Shown one piece after another: positions 12,491 to 25,320 of a stretch of DNA of 64,000 bases. A program made the position numbers and the translations under genes. The first letter of the stretch is position 1; the number at the start of each line of letters is the position of its first letter. Source of the stretch: Octopus sinensis (Eukaryota); assembly GCF_006345805.1 (NCBI RefSeq), contig NC_043000.1:84258001-84322000 (forward strand), read 5' to 3'. Below the pieces are notes generated by a model. The model had not been told where the DNA came from. It did not search any database and worked only from the letters and a program-made list of their open reading frames with translations.

Positions 12491-13532
12491 AATAGTAAAA
12501 GTGGAACCGGTTCAAATGGAAAACGAAATCACATTGCTCACTCGATTCGCCTTCGGCTTACTTATTTTTTCTACAAACTTCTATCAATTGCCAAAGTTAA
12601 GAATATCCTCTGTCGTCAACATGTAACCATGTATTTTACAAGAAACTGTAATAGTTTTTGTTCTAAAGAGAACAAGGAGATTGAGATCAGATTGTTAATC
12701 TCATCATTCTAATACATCTATAATGGATTTGAGATATTACATGGATGGAAGAAAGCAGAGGAAATCTCATCGCCAACAGATTTACAACGATAAAGTTGTA
12801 AGTCTGACAGGTTGTACATAATTCAAAGTTTACTTGTCTATGTTTAAAATCTCTGTTGCATCCTGGAAGCGAAAATGTCCGAATTATTCTTCTAGTAATG
12901 TGTACTGTTTTGCAGGAATTTGATTATAGTTTCTAAACAATTGCATTATCGGAATGTTTCTGTGGCAATATTTATTTTGAATGTTGCAACTACACAGTTC
13001 AAATTTCACATTAGCTGATAGATTTAGACTGTAGTAGATGATAAATATACTTATAGAATAATTTGTGAAATTGCTTTAGGGTTGGGTGTGGTTGTGGCGT
13101 GATATTGAAAAAGATAATAGTCTTGTCGAAACTAGTTTGTACTGCAAAACAGGAATTGATAAAAAGCAAGATAGCAAGTATGTATAAAACGTCTTCCATT
13201 TACCAAACTTTAACGCCATTAATAGTATTTCAGTGCCAGCAATACGCTCATCAACTAATCTTCTTGTAATCTAGTCAATCAGTTCTTTTACAGCAAAATA
13301 TTTAGGAACAGTATTATAAATTCATTAGCCGTATAAATGAAGCTAATTAACTTGAATTGGTTATCGAAACCGGCTTCTAAACTGAGTTTGCTGTGAGCTT
13401 ACCTGTTTCTCAACAGTGTTATTTAATTATAATCTTACTAGTATTAAAATGCTGTAAAAAATAATCCCGACTTAAGATTAAGAAAAACATTTTAAAATCT
13501 ATTTTCTTTATTGTTGTTTTTGTTGTTGTTAT

Positions 13533-14340
13533 TTCTCTTCATCACAGATTTTGTTGGAACTCCTGGAGTTTTATATGTGTAGCAGGCTTGCTACCTGCAA
13601 CCTACGGCACCATGTTACCCATTCTTTTCAGCTATCTAATACTTTCCTGATTATTCTGGCCGTGCCAAGGAGGCAATCCTTTTGTACCAGTTCTACTTGG
13701 CACTCTATTCCAATTTCGTTTATATTCCCCTTGATGCCATCTGATACTGTCTCCAAGGATCTAACAATAATTGGCACTAACTTCACCTCCTTCATTTCCC
13801 GTAACCGGGCTATTTCATACTTAGGGAGATCATATTTACCTATCTTTTCGCCTTCCTTCTTGACTATTCGTGGGTCAAAGGGGAAACAACATAAACTATG
13901 TAGCGTATGTGGTGCATCTTGTCCACCACCACTAGGTCCGGTTTGTTATGCTCTGGCACGTGATCTGTTTGCATTGAGAAATCCCAGAGGATTTTGCTAG
14001 TCTCCGACTCCGTCACTCTCCGTGGTTTGTGCTCATACGACGTCTTGCAGCTCTCTAGCTCCCCACAGTTTCCAATGTAGCATTTTTGCTACCTGATCGT
14101 GTTGCCACAACTTGTAGTGTTTTGGGCAAGTCTAGGGCATTCGTTCGTGATATGGGCAATGGCTTCATCCACTTTATTGCAGATGCGACACAGCGTAGAT
14201 ACTTTCTCATTCCGAGGGTTCGTGGCCAAAGTTTGGTCTTGCGCTGCCAGTATAGTACTCTCGGTTTCTTTTTTTTAGTGTTCCCCAAAGTTTGGTCATG
14301 CGCTGCCAAAGGTCGGTGTTTCGCTGACAAAGCTTGGTCA
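13533..14340 (-). mobile_element. 5'-truncated R4/Dong-type REL LINE, subfamily b
   Basis: Minus strand with frameshifts: ETESTILAAQDQ...CRICNKVDEAIAHITNECP (CCHC)...ILWDFSMQTD...HNKPDLVVVD (PD motif)...CLLGTARIIRKVLDS*. (CAA/TAA) tail at 13510-13532. Confidence 0.85.
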
Positions 14341-14357
14341 TTATCATTACTATTATT

Positions 14358-14400
<43 letters not shown>

Positions 14401-14402
14401 TT
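14341..14402. repeat. (ATT)n/(TAA)n array between two REL LINEs
   Basis: Read directly. Confidence 0.95.
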
Positions 14403-14779
14403 CAGTAGTTTTATTTTTATAGCGTGCTTTTACTTCACTACCGAGCGCAGCTCTGTGTGCCTTGGGTATGTGCTGTGATTTGTTGTGATGCTCTGATGGT
14501 TATTGTATGAAAAGTGTTCTGCGCAGGATGTGTGCAGTGCCTAGTAGTGCAATTTTCTGTATGTTATATGTGTTTGTAAGTCCTGGTGTTTTTGTTATGT
14601 ATTTGTCTGAATATTTTTTTATCATGTCTAATGCACCTACTATGATAGGAATTGTTTCTGTTTTCAGATTCCACATTCTAGTTACCTCTATTTCCAGGTC
14701 TTTGTATTTTGAGAGTTTCTCCATTTCTTTTAGAGACACGTTGTCATCTGCCGGTATTGATACATCAATTAGAAAGCAT
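14403..14779 (-). mobile_element. 3' end of R4/Dong-type REL LINE, subfamily a, open reading frame intact over the fragment
   Basis: KCFLIDVSIPADDNVSLKEMEKLSKYKDLEIEVTRMWNLKTETIPIIVGAL...QKIALLGTAHILRRTL; short 3' UTR then (TAA)n; (TAA)n also at the 5' junction. Confidence 0.88.
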
Positions 14780-14802
14780 TTATTATTATTATCATTATTA
14801 TT

Positions 14803-15166
14803 GAGTGAGAGAGCAGTGCATGCCATCAAAGTGACACTGGGGTAAAATATACGAAGCCCAATATACCCATCATGACTACCCGTCTGATAAGGGTACACCA
14901 GGCACATGCATCACAACCATATGTGCGCGACATGGTGATCTCATATCAAGATAAACAGCACATGACCTTGCAGGTGGGGCCCAGTTAGAATTTTCCTCAG
15001 GTTGAGTAGCCCATCCCGCTCAAAAGGTCCCTGAATAAGGGTTGTTTAAGGATGTTGAAAGAACCACCCATGTTTCTAGAGGTGAATTATTCAAACCCCA
15101 AAGAATCCCTCTCAACACATGACTATGATGCTCCCCCACTACTTCTGCTCGTGATCAGAGATGCAC
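14803..15166 (-). mobile_element. Non-coding interspersed repeat E with (TAA)n tail, putative SINE, 5'-truncated; copy 1
   Basis: Homologous to 15461-15805; (ATT)n on both sides; no protein similarity recognised. Orientation inferred from the tail. Confidence 0.7.
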
Positions 15167-15259
<93 letters not shown>

Positions 15260-15290
15260 TAGTGGTAGTAGCAGCAGCAGCAGCAGTAAT
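15167..15290. repeat. Graded trinucleotide array (ATT)n-(AGT)n-(GGT)-(AGC)n
   Basis: Read directly. Confidence 0.95.
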
Positions 15291-15460
15291 ATGATTATCA
15301 TAATCTTACTTCTCAGAGCTTACTTGCTCTGGTTAATTATGTGAAGCGGACAGCAACCTGTCGTCAGAGATCTCATAGGATCTCTTTCTACAAATTATAA
15401 GCTTTGGTACATGGATGTTAACTTACCGTGGAAGATACTCAACACCTAAGCACCATTATT

Positions 15461-15805
15461 GAGTGAGAGAGCAGCGCATGCTATCAAAGTGACGCTAGGG
15501 TACAAATGTACAAAGTCCAATATACTCATCATGACTACCCGTCTGATAAGGGCACACCAGGCACATGTATTACAACCATATGTGCACAACATAGTGACCT
15601 CTTATCAAGATAAACAACGCATGAGCTAGCAGGTGGGGACTAGTTAGAATTTTCTTCTGGTTGAGTAGCCTATATCGCACAAAAGATCCTTGAATAAGAG
15701 TTGTTATGTAACCGCAAAAAATTCCTCCTAACACATGGTCATGATGCTCCCAAACTACACCTGTTCGAGATCAGAGATGTACATATCATCAACCACTAAG
15801 GTACA
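15461..15805 (-). mobile_element. Repeat E, copy 2, more diverged with an internal deletion
   Basis: Starts with the same attattgagtgagagagcag; shares catcatgactacccgtctgataaggg and gatcagagatg. Confidence 0.75.
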
Positions 15806-15869
15806 AAGCTAAGCTCTCAACAAAGAAAAGTGAGGTTATCCATGGAATTCTATAATGACCATCTTCATT

Positions 15870-16330
15870 TGTGAATCTTTTGATAACATCTCAATTTTTT
15901 CATGTACAGTTTCGTTCACCTAGAGTACATCTAAATATTTGAAAGAAGTATACTTACTACATGTAACTCTGGAGTCATGTCACTTTTCTCGATTCTTCTA
16001 GTAGTACTGAGTGAGATTCATCTCCATATTTTGTACAGAGCACCTTACAGACCTTACAATACAATGATCTTGATTTTGTTCGTTGTGATTCTCCTGCTTT
16101 GTAACGAAAATCATTTAGGCTGCATTTTGGCTTCTGCAGAAACCAGATCAATGTAAGGAGTTCTGACATTCTTTGGACTTGTGTTATGAGTATGGCCATT
16201 GGTTCCAAACAATGGTAAAAAATACTAGTTTCTGCTTTTGAAGTAACCAGATTTGCCTCACTTGCTGGCAATGTTTGCATCCTACCATTGTAGATGTAAC
16301 AATTTTCCTCTAACATCTCTATTGGAATAT
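15870..16330 (-). mobile_element. Heavily decayed REL LINE reverse transcriptase fragment (tentative)
   Basis: FKYLDVL*VNETVHEKI resembles the YKYLG motif; IVRSVRCSVQNMEMNL resembles the region after the YxDD motif. Weak. Confidence 0.3.
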
Positions 16331-16812
16331 ATTATTGTCCAATGCATTTCTTCACCTTTGATTTGTTAAGGGAAATACTAATGTCAACTAACTCGTTTAA
16401 TAACAGGCCGTTCTCAAAATACCACCATGACTTGGTTATGTCGATTTAGTGTTCTCAGCGCTCTACAATTTCTGACTGTTCTTTCAGTTGAGTGGTTCCG
16501 TCTGACGGCTTGATTAGCGCCGTGGGACAACTCTTATTTTATCATAAAAATCCTACATGCATAATTCAAGTGATTAGCAAATAATATATTTCTTAAGACA
16601 TATGTGTATATTTGTTATCGTGTATGTAGTGTGTGTCTGTGTGCTATGAGCGTACTATGTTCACGTCTGTGTATGTGTGTGTGTGCATGTGTGTGTATCT
16701 ATAAGTCTCTACGAATGTCTATCTGTGTGTGTACATGTGTGGATGAGAAGCTTTTTTGCCTTTTCATTCTTTTTCCCAAGAGATATTTCTATATCCATCT
16801 TTCCATCCTATC

Positions 16813-16991
<179 letters not shown>

Positions 16992-17484
16992 CGCCAATAC
17001 GCATAGATACGTCAAATTACTTGAATACCAAAACATATTCCAGAATATATTGAAACATAAAAAAGAAAGCGATTGCAATAAAACTCCGATTTACAAAATT
17101 GGAAAATTGTCCTTTAAGACTGGAATATTTCCTTTAGACTACTAATCTTATTAAGTCGGACACTACTTCTCGTTTCCTAATAACTTAAATTCGATCAAGA
17201 TAACTAGCTATGTTGTTACGGGTGGCTGTGATCTTGTTGTCCTTGGACAGTCAACATTATTCGTTGCTAGGTGATCGATTGACTATTGCTGGGATGATGA
17301 GCAAATCGATAATTCTACAACGGATAATAAAAGTAGTTGCTCGTGTTTTTTTTTTGCTAAACAACAATTAATCTATATATTCATATTTAGAGTAGAGAAA
17401 TGTTTTCCTCTTCGTATCTATGTACTTACCTATGTGTGTCTTTTAATTTCAGACATTGATTTCTTCTTGATACTTCTGTCTATC

Positions 17485-17505
17485 TGTCTTCCTCTCTCTC
17501 TTACT

Positions 17506-17566
<61 letters not shown>

Positions 17567-17997
17567 TCTTGGTGTTATTTCTCTCCATCTCCCTTTCTCC
17601 TTCCTGCCATCCTCACTAACTTCTGTCATTTCTATCGTTTCTTATTTTCATTCTTTTTTCACCCTCTGTTGTGTGCTCATCGCCTGCGTTCTCATTCTTT
17701 ATATATCTCACATAAACATTCTTTCTCTTTCATTCTTTCTCTTTCTCTCTTTCTCCTCCCTATCTTTCTCTGTCTGTCTGACAGTCTCTCTCTCTCTCTC
17801 TTTCTCTCTTCCTCTTTCTTTTTTTCTCTTTCTCTCTCTCCCTCTGTCCATTTGTTTGCCCGTCTTTCTGTCTGACACTTTTGTTTCTGCCTCTGTCGAC
17901 TTCTTTCTTTCTCCCTCCCTCCCCCATTCTCTCTCTAACTCTCTCTCATTCACATATGTACATGCACACCTACACACACACATACACACTCTTTCTG

Positions 17998-18044
<47 letters not shown>

Positions 18045-18350
18045 ATGTATCTGTCTCACATCTATTTTGTCTATCTTTGTCACGGCTACTCATATGTTAT
18101 CATTCCTATTTTCTCATCTCCCCCTCTCTCTCCCTTTTCTCTCTCTCTCACTCACTTTTCCCTTCCACTCTCACTCACTTTTCTCCCCTCTTACCTTTCT
18201 CTCTCTCTCTCTTTCGCTTTTCTCGCACTCTCACTTTTCTCTCTCTCACTTTACTCTCCCTCTCGCTCACTTTTCTCTCTCGCTCACACACTCTCTCTCT
18301 TTCTCTCTCTCTCTCCCTGTCCCTACTTCTTGCTTAGTCTTTCCTCCATT
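17485..18350. repeat. Polypyrimidine (CT)-rich low-complexity tract
   Basis: Read directly; source of the L/S/F-rich ORFs. Confidence 0.9.
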
Positions 18351-18767
18351 TCTATATATCTTGTACTAATTATACTATTGATAAACAGAATCCAATCTTG
18401 AATCATTTGCAATATAAATTTCTTCCTCCGACCAATCTCACCACAACCCCTCTCCTAAATTCTATATCTGCACTTCTTATCTTATTCTCTCTTCCTTGAT
18501 TCAACCCCACCTTCTCCCTCTCCCTCTCTCAATTTTCTTCTCTAACTTCCGTATTACTTAATCTCCTTCAATCTCTATCGCAGTTTGACATTTTTCAATA
18601 TTTCCTATTCTAATCAATAATAAACATTTTGTTTACTTCTTAGGTTTAGTTTAGAATATCGATTTTGCAACTTCAATATTTTCTGTTTTATCTATGTACG
18701 TTCTAAAAACTTTTGATTTTATTCCCCCTGCAGCACTACGTTTCGAAATTAACCACGTTTTCTGCGT

Positions 18768-19240
<473 letters not shown>

Positions 19241-19534
19241 TTTTTATTAAAGCTGCAAAATTATCACAGAACTGTTACTTCGAGTTTCACATTCCTGTTC
19301 GTCGGACAGTTGTGATAAATGTGTATAATTATTGCCTATATAATTATTATATAATTATAGTATATAATTATAATCCATACGAATCATTACATGCTGGCTA
19401 CTTGATAAAGTCTCATAAAGATATTATCCTTGATTATCTATATATATAGTTGTTATTTCTAGCAATTCTGGTGCTGATTAGTGTCCTTAGTCATTTTAGT
19501 GACGTCTATATTTCGACCTTTTGGTTGTAAAATT

Positions 19535-19763
19535 GCGAATAAGCCACCAATATCATCTGGTTTTGGGGTCAGTCTCACTGCATGGCACCTTGCAAGTGTC
19601 TTCTACTCTAGCTTCGGACGGGCCAAAGCCTTGCGAGTGCATTTGCTTAATAGAAACTTAAACAAGCCCGTAATATGTATATATATATAAATTCAGTTGA
19701 ATTAGATACCTAAGTTGAAGCACCAAAGCAGTCCGGTATTATCCGTACTGCTCGAATATGATT

Positions 19764-19798
<35 letters not shown>

Positions 19799-20045
19799 GA
19801 GTGAGTGTGTGTGTGTGTGTGTCTTTGTATCAATATTCTTCCCCCCTCATCACTGCTTGACATCCGGTATTGGTATGTTCATGTCCACGTAATCTGGCGG
19901 TTCAGCAATAGAGAACGATAGATTAAGGACTAGGCTAAAAAAAAAATAAGTGCGTGAGTAGATTTGTTCGACTAAAACCCTTTAAGGCGGTGCTCCAGCA
20001 TGGCCGCAGTGAATTGACTGAAAAAGTAAAGGAATAAAAGAATAT
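19535..20045 (+). mobile_element. Diverged SINE family A with an expanded internal region
   Basis: 5' half catggcaccttgcaagtgtcttctactctagc...caagcccgt; 3' half cactgcttgacatccgg...ggcggtgctccagcatggccgcagtg. Confidence 0.75.
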
Positions 20046-20054
20046 AGAATATAT

Positions 20055-20395
<341 letters not shown>

Positions 20396-20571
20396 CCCCC
20401 CTGTATATTTGCGGTTTTTCGGAATCAGAGTACATATCTACCAAACTATTTAAGTATTCGTATGAAGGATCAAAATAAGAGTTCCGTAAAACGAGCGATT
20501 ACAATATATTCCTATGTATTGATATGAAACCGTAAATATTTTTATATTCATATGGAACCTTGGATAATCAT

Positions 20572-20650
20572 AAATAAATAGATTTATAGTCTAGGTCCGC
20601 TCTTGATTACTGACCCTCATTTGTTCGTCTCTACTAAACCAAGCATACAC

Positions 20651-20719
<69 letters not shown>

Positions 20720-20776
20720 CATTTGTGTTTGTATGTGTGTGCGTGCGCACGCATGTATGTATACAAAGATAGATAT

Positions 20777-20848
<72 letters not shown>

Positions 20849-21750
20849 TGCCAGATTAATTCTGATGTAAGCAAGCGTACACGTATGTTTGCAAACATGT
20901 GCGACCGCTTTTATCCCCGCCATCACCTTCCTGACATGTGATCGTGTATGAATGTCTCTTCTATCTTGACTATTCTCTCATGTCCTAGATGTTTCTCGTT
21001 TGAAATTTGAATACATCGATATGTCGATTGTTCATATGAATATATTAAAAACTATAATGATGGGTTAGGAACATATCATTGCTCTCTTTATTGTGGCTTT
21101 ATACACTACTTCTGTTTATTATTTTACATCTTTCTTTGTTTCTACGTCTGCATAAGATTATTTTTACATCTGAGATTATATACAAACATACACATCTTTT
21201 ATCATTCTTTCTTTCAGTCTGCAGCCATGATGGAGCACCGTCTTAAAGAACTTTTCATTTTACTAAAAGTTCTTGAGTGGAGGCGCGTGGCTTAGTGGTT
21301 AGGGTGTCAGCATCATGATCGTAAAATTGTGATTTCGATTCCTGGACCGGGCGACGCATTGTGTTCTTGAGCAAAACATTTCATTTCACGTTGCTCCAGT
21401 CCACTCAGGTGCCAAAAATGAGTAACGCTGCGATGGACTGGCGTACCGTCCAGCTGGGGAACACGTCCGCCATAGAAACCAGGAAACCGGGCACATGATT
21501 CTGGCTACGCTTTAAAAGGGCGTATTTATTTATTTATTAAAAGTTCTTGAAGACAGTGCCCCAGTATGGCCGCTGTCGAAAGACTGAAACAAATAAAAAA
21601 ATAAAAAATAAAAGAGAAACACACACACACTTTTGTATGCTTATACATACATGCATACACATATGCGTACATATATACATTCATACATACTTACATAAGA
21701 AGGTTTGCAAACATACGTGTACGCTTGCTTACATCAGAATTAATCTGGCA

Positions 21751-21801
<51 letters not shown>

Positions 21802-21859
21802 CCTATCTATCTTTGTATACATACATGCGTGCGCACACATACACATACAAACACAAATG

Positions 21860-21918
<59 letters not shown>

Positions 21919-22005
21919 GTGTTTGTGTGTATGCTTGGTTTAGTAGAAACGAACAAATGAGGGTCAGTAATCAAGAGCGGACCTTGACTATAAATCTATT
22001 TATTT
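20572..22005. repeat. Large inverted duplication: arms 20572-20896 and 21703-22005, ~800-bp spacer
   Basis: Unique segments match in reverse complement (tccgctcttgattactgaccctcatttgttcgt; gtgccagattaattctgatgtaagcaagcgtacacgtatgtttgcaaac). The ORF track shows the same peptide (VCKHTCTLAYIRINLAL) on opposite strands. Confidence 0.92.
21277..21537 (+). mobile_element. SINE family B variant with a 13-bp target-site duplication
   Basis: A-box tggcttagtggttagg; B-box-like atttcgattcc; (TATT)n tail; direct repeat taaaagttcttga at 21264-21276 and 21538-21550. Confidence 0.88.
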
Positions 22006-22253
22006 CTGGCAATGTAGCTGTGTCTAACATCCTCAGTCATATTCAATGACAGCTGTAGTTTTCCTTTAATAATGTTTAACACGCTTCAACATTGTAAAAA
22101 AATTCATATTTTTTTTAAAATACCATAATAAAAAACATGAAAACCAGACTATGTTTTAACTTTATTCAACTGATATATTCTATACACATTTACACAAATT
22201 CGGAAAAAAATTGTGTGTGTGTGTGTGTGTGTTTGCATACGCACGCATACATA

Positions 22254-22512
22254 TTGGGTCATTCCATAAATAATGTGTTTTTTACACTTCTTATATCTTT
22301 TCAAAATTGAGATAAAGTTCTTTTTTAATCTAAAATATTCTTTCCTTCCTTGTCTACAATGCTCTACTATCAATCTGGTAAACTTACAAGGTATCTTTTC
22401 CAAAATTCGCTTGTCAGTGATGAAAAGTACTCCTCCAGTACTGTTCTGATCTCGTCTACAGTTTTTATATTTTTTCTATCCAAATGATTTTGAAGACTGC
22501 GGAATAAATGAT
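22254..22512 (-). mobile_element. Mariner 3' end fragment with TIR (a different family from 23890)
   Basis: YHLFRSLQNHLDRKNIKTVDEIRTVLEEYFSSLTSEFWKRYLVSLPD, typical of a mariner C-terminus after DYHLF; end sequence ta|ttgggtcattccataaataat. Confidence 0.8.
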
Positions 22513-22567
22513 ACATACATACATACATACATACATACATACATACATACATACATACATACATACA

Positions 22568-25320
22568 TGTGAATCAACGGTCTCTCTATCACCCCCATTC
22601 CACGCAAAGAATGTTACAAGTACCTAGGCATAGACAAAAATGTATCATATGAAAGCACTGTGAATAAAAATAGAGTGACTCGAAAATATTACACTAGACT
22701 TAGGAAAATATGGCAGTCAGAATTCTTCTCTTACAACAAAACAATACCCACAATGCATTTGTAATATCAATGCTGATCCCAACATTTGGGATACTTGATT
22801 GATCTGTAGAGGAAATCCACTACATAGATATCAAAACCTGAAAAATCCTGACAACACCTGGGTACTTCCACAGAAACAGTAATGTTGACAGGCTCTACGT
22901 AAGAAGAAATAAAGGTGGTAGAGGCCTGCGATCAGTGCAGACGGCCATCGAATGCCGAATGGTGTCACTCAGGTAACACCTGCTAAACAACAGCAGTAAA
23001 AATAAATATATAAATATAAGTGCTGAAAAGTGAAGTGAACAACATTGTACGAGTTGGCAGTGAGCTCCTCAAGAAGCACTCTTCACCTGATGATCTTCTA
23101 TACAGCTCCAAAACAGCTGGGCTCTCTTACTTCAGAGAAGACCTGGAGTGAAAGCACTCAGCATACAAAAAAAAAACAGACTATGCATGGGTATGTTGCC
23201 AGGAAGCTTGAAGAAGACAGTAGAATTGACATGAAACGCAGCCTCTCTTGGACACTTTGAGGACTATGCGTTTGCAACACAGGGACAGGAGATTGCCACA
23301 AAGTACCAGGTGAACAAGAGAGACAGTGATGCTCTTGTAATCCCAAGGTGCAACCGCATGTGTAGACTATGTCGTGTTTCTGTGGAAGACATCAAGCATG
23401 TGATTAGCAGCTGTCCTAAAATGTCCTCACGGTACTACCTCCCTATGTGGCATGATGTTGTTGCTAAAACAATTTACAATGCCATCCGCAAAAAAGATTG
23501 TTCTGAAATAAACTTAGAAAATCTCGCTGTTATGGAATACATTCATAAATCCCAATTCAAGAAATACTGGTGGAATTTTCCCATCAAAACTTCTGTCAAA
23601 TGTAAACATAACAGACCGGATATTGTTGTATGGGACAGAGAGGCAAAGTATGTACCATCATAGATGTCAGCTGCCTTAAAGATATATCTCTTTGAAAATT
23701 AAAGAAAAAGAGAACATCTATGAACAACTACTTCGAAACCTCCAGCTTGTAAATCCAGACTATGAATTTATATTCATACCAATAATAATTGGAGCACGAG
23801 GATTTGTTCGTAAATGCTTAAAGAAGAATCTGGATAAATTAGGATTTTCAGAAAGAGAAATCAACCGGCTAATTCTTACATTACAAGTACGAGGGGCGTT
23901 CAATAAGTAATGCCCCTGACCCACTTCTCATAGCAGTAGAGCAACGACACTTGGCACAGTTATCAGTCTTTTCCTACATAGGAACTACTCAGAGTTATGC
24001 ATTTCTCCCATTGTTTGATACAGCTCTGGAGACCGTTTTTGTAGAAGACCCCAGCTTGGTCCTCCAACCACGACGTGACTTCAGAAATCAAGGCTGCATC
24101 ATCTAGGAAACGCTTTCTTTTCAAAATCAACTTCATGGCTGGGAATAGGTTAAAATCAGAGGGTGCAAGGGGAGGAGTTCATAGCTGCACGCCTGTGCTT
24201 CTGATCTGGCGACACGCGAGTTGTGGACCGGAGCGTTGTCCTGCAGGAGGAGGATGCCTTTGCTGATCTTGCCCCGCCTCTTGATTTTGATAGCTTCTCT
24301 TAATTTCCTCAAAAGTGAGGCATAATAGGCTCCTGTAATTGTGGTACCCTTTGCCAGGAAATCTGTCATCACTACTCCGTCCTGGTCCCAGAAGACTGTG
24401 AGCATAACCTTGTCAGCGGAGGGCTGCACCCTTGCCTTCTTTGGAGGAGGTGAGTCACGGTGCTTTCACTGCATTGACTGGGCTTTGGTCTATGGATCAT
24501 AGTGATGGACCCAGGTTTTATCCTGTATGATCAGTCTTTTGAAAAATTTTGACTCATCTTCTTGGCACATCTCCAAATTCATCCTCGAGCACTCAACGCG
24601 TTCTTGCTTCTGGAAAGGTGTGAGCAACCTGGAAATCCATCTGGCAGACACCTTTTGCATATGCAAATGGTCATGAATGATAGTTTCCACAGACCCGGTA
24701 CTAATCTTGACCTTATGGGCTATTTGGCGAATAGTTATGCGTTGACCTTCCAAAATGGCAGCCTCAACTTGACGGACAGACGTCTCATCAACGGCAGAAG
24801 GGGGCGACCAGATCTGGGAGCTGTTTCCACAGAGTTCCGACTATGTTTGAATTCACAATGCCAGCGTTTTACAAGGTCATATGATGGGGCATCATCACCA
24901 TAAGTTACTTTCATTTCATCAAAAGTGTCCCGTGGTGTGCGTCCTTTCAAATACAAAAACCAGATCACTGCTCGACACTCAACAGGCTCCATTTCACACT
25001 TGACTCAGTTCAAACACCTGTAAATCAGAAACCACAATTTGTTCAGAGCTGTAATTCGCCACTTAATCTATAGATGTATAAATAAGTGCACATGCAAAAT
25101 TTCAGCTAGATCAAACAACTGCAAGTGGGTCAGGGGTATTACTTATTGAACGCCCCTCGTACAATCTGTGAGTGGAACAGTAAAAATATGCAAGATTTTT
25201 CTCAAGCTCCAAATGTGAATTTGTCTGTATTAACCACATCCCAAAGATGATGCCTTGTATCTTTGTTGGAATCTGGCTCCCCTCCTCAGTTGAAGATTTA
25301 TAATAATTAAAAAGTAGAAG
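22568..25320 (+). mobile_element. 5'-truncated R4/Dong-type REL LINE, subfamily c, split by a mariner at 23888
   Basis: YKYLGID...DRLYVRRNKGGRGL...CRLCRVSVEDIKHVISSCP (CCHC)...HNRPDIVVWD (PD)...PIIIGARG...LQV; resumes after the mariner as QSVSGTVKICKIFLKLQM*. Confidence 0.88.
23890..25159 (-). mobile_element. Full-length (1270 bp) mariner transposon with a frameshifted transposase
   Basis: 37-bp TIRs cgaggggcgttcaataagtaat(g/a)cccctgacccactt with one mismatch; TA at 23888-89 and 25160-61; ORF pieces with RSGRP, ARWISRLLT, IIQDKTWVHHYDP, KVMLTVFWD and LLQDNAPVH. Confidence 0.96.

Noticed and set aside
17290-17345. Box C-like ATGATGA suggesting a C/D snoRNA
   Set aside because: No box D (CTGA) or terminal stem at a suitable distance.
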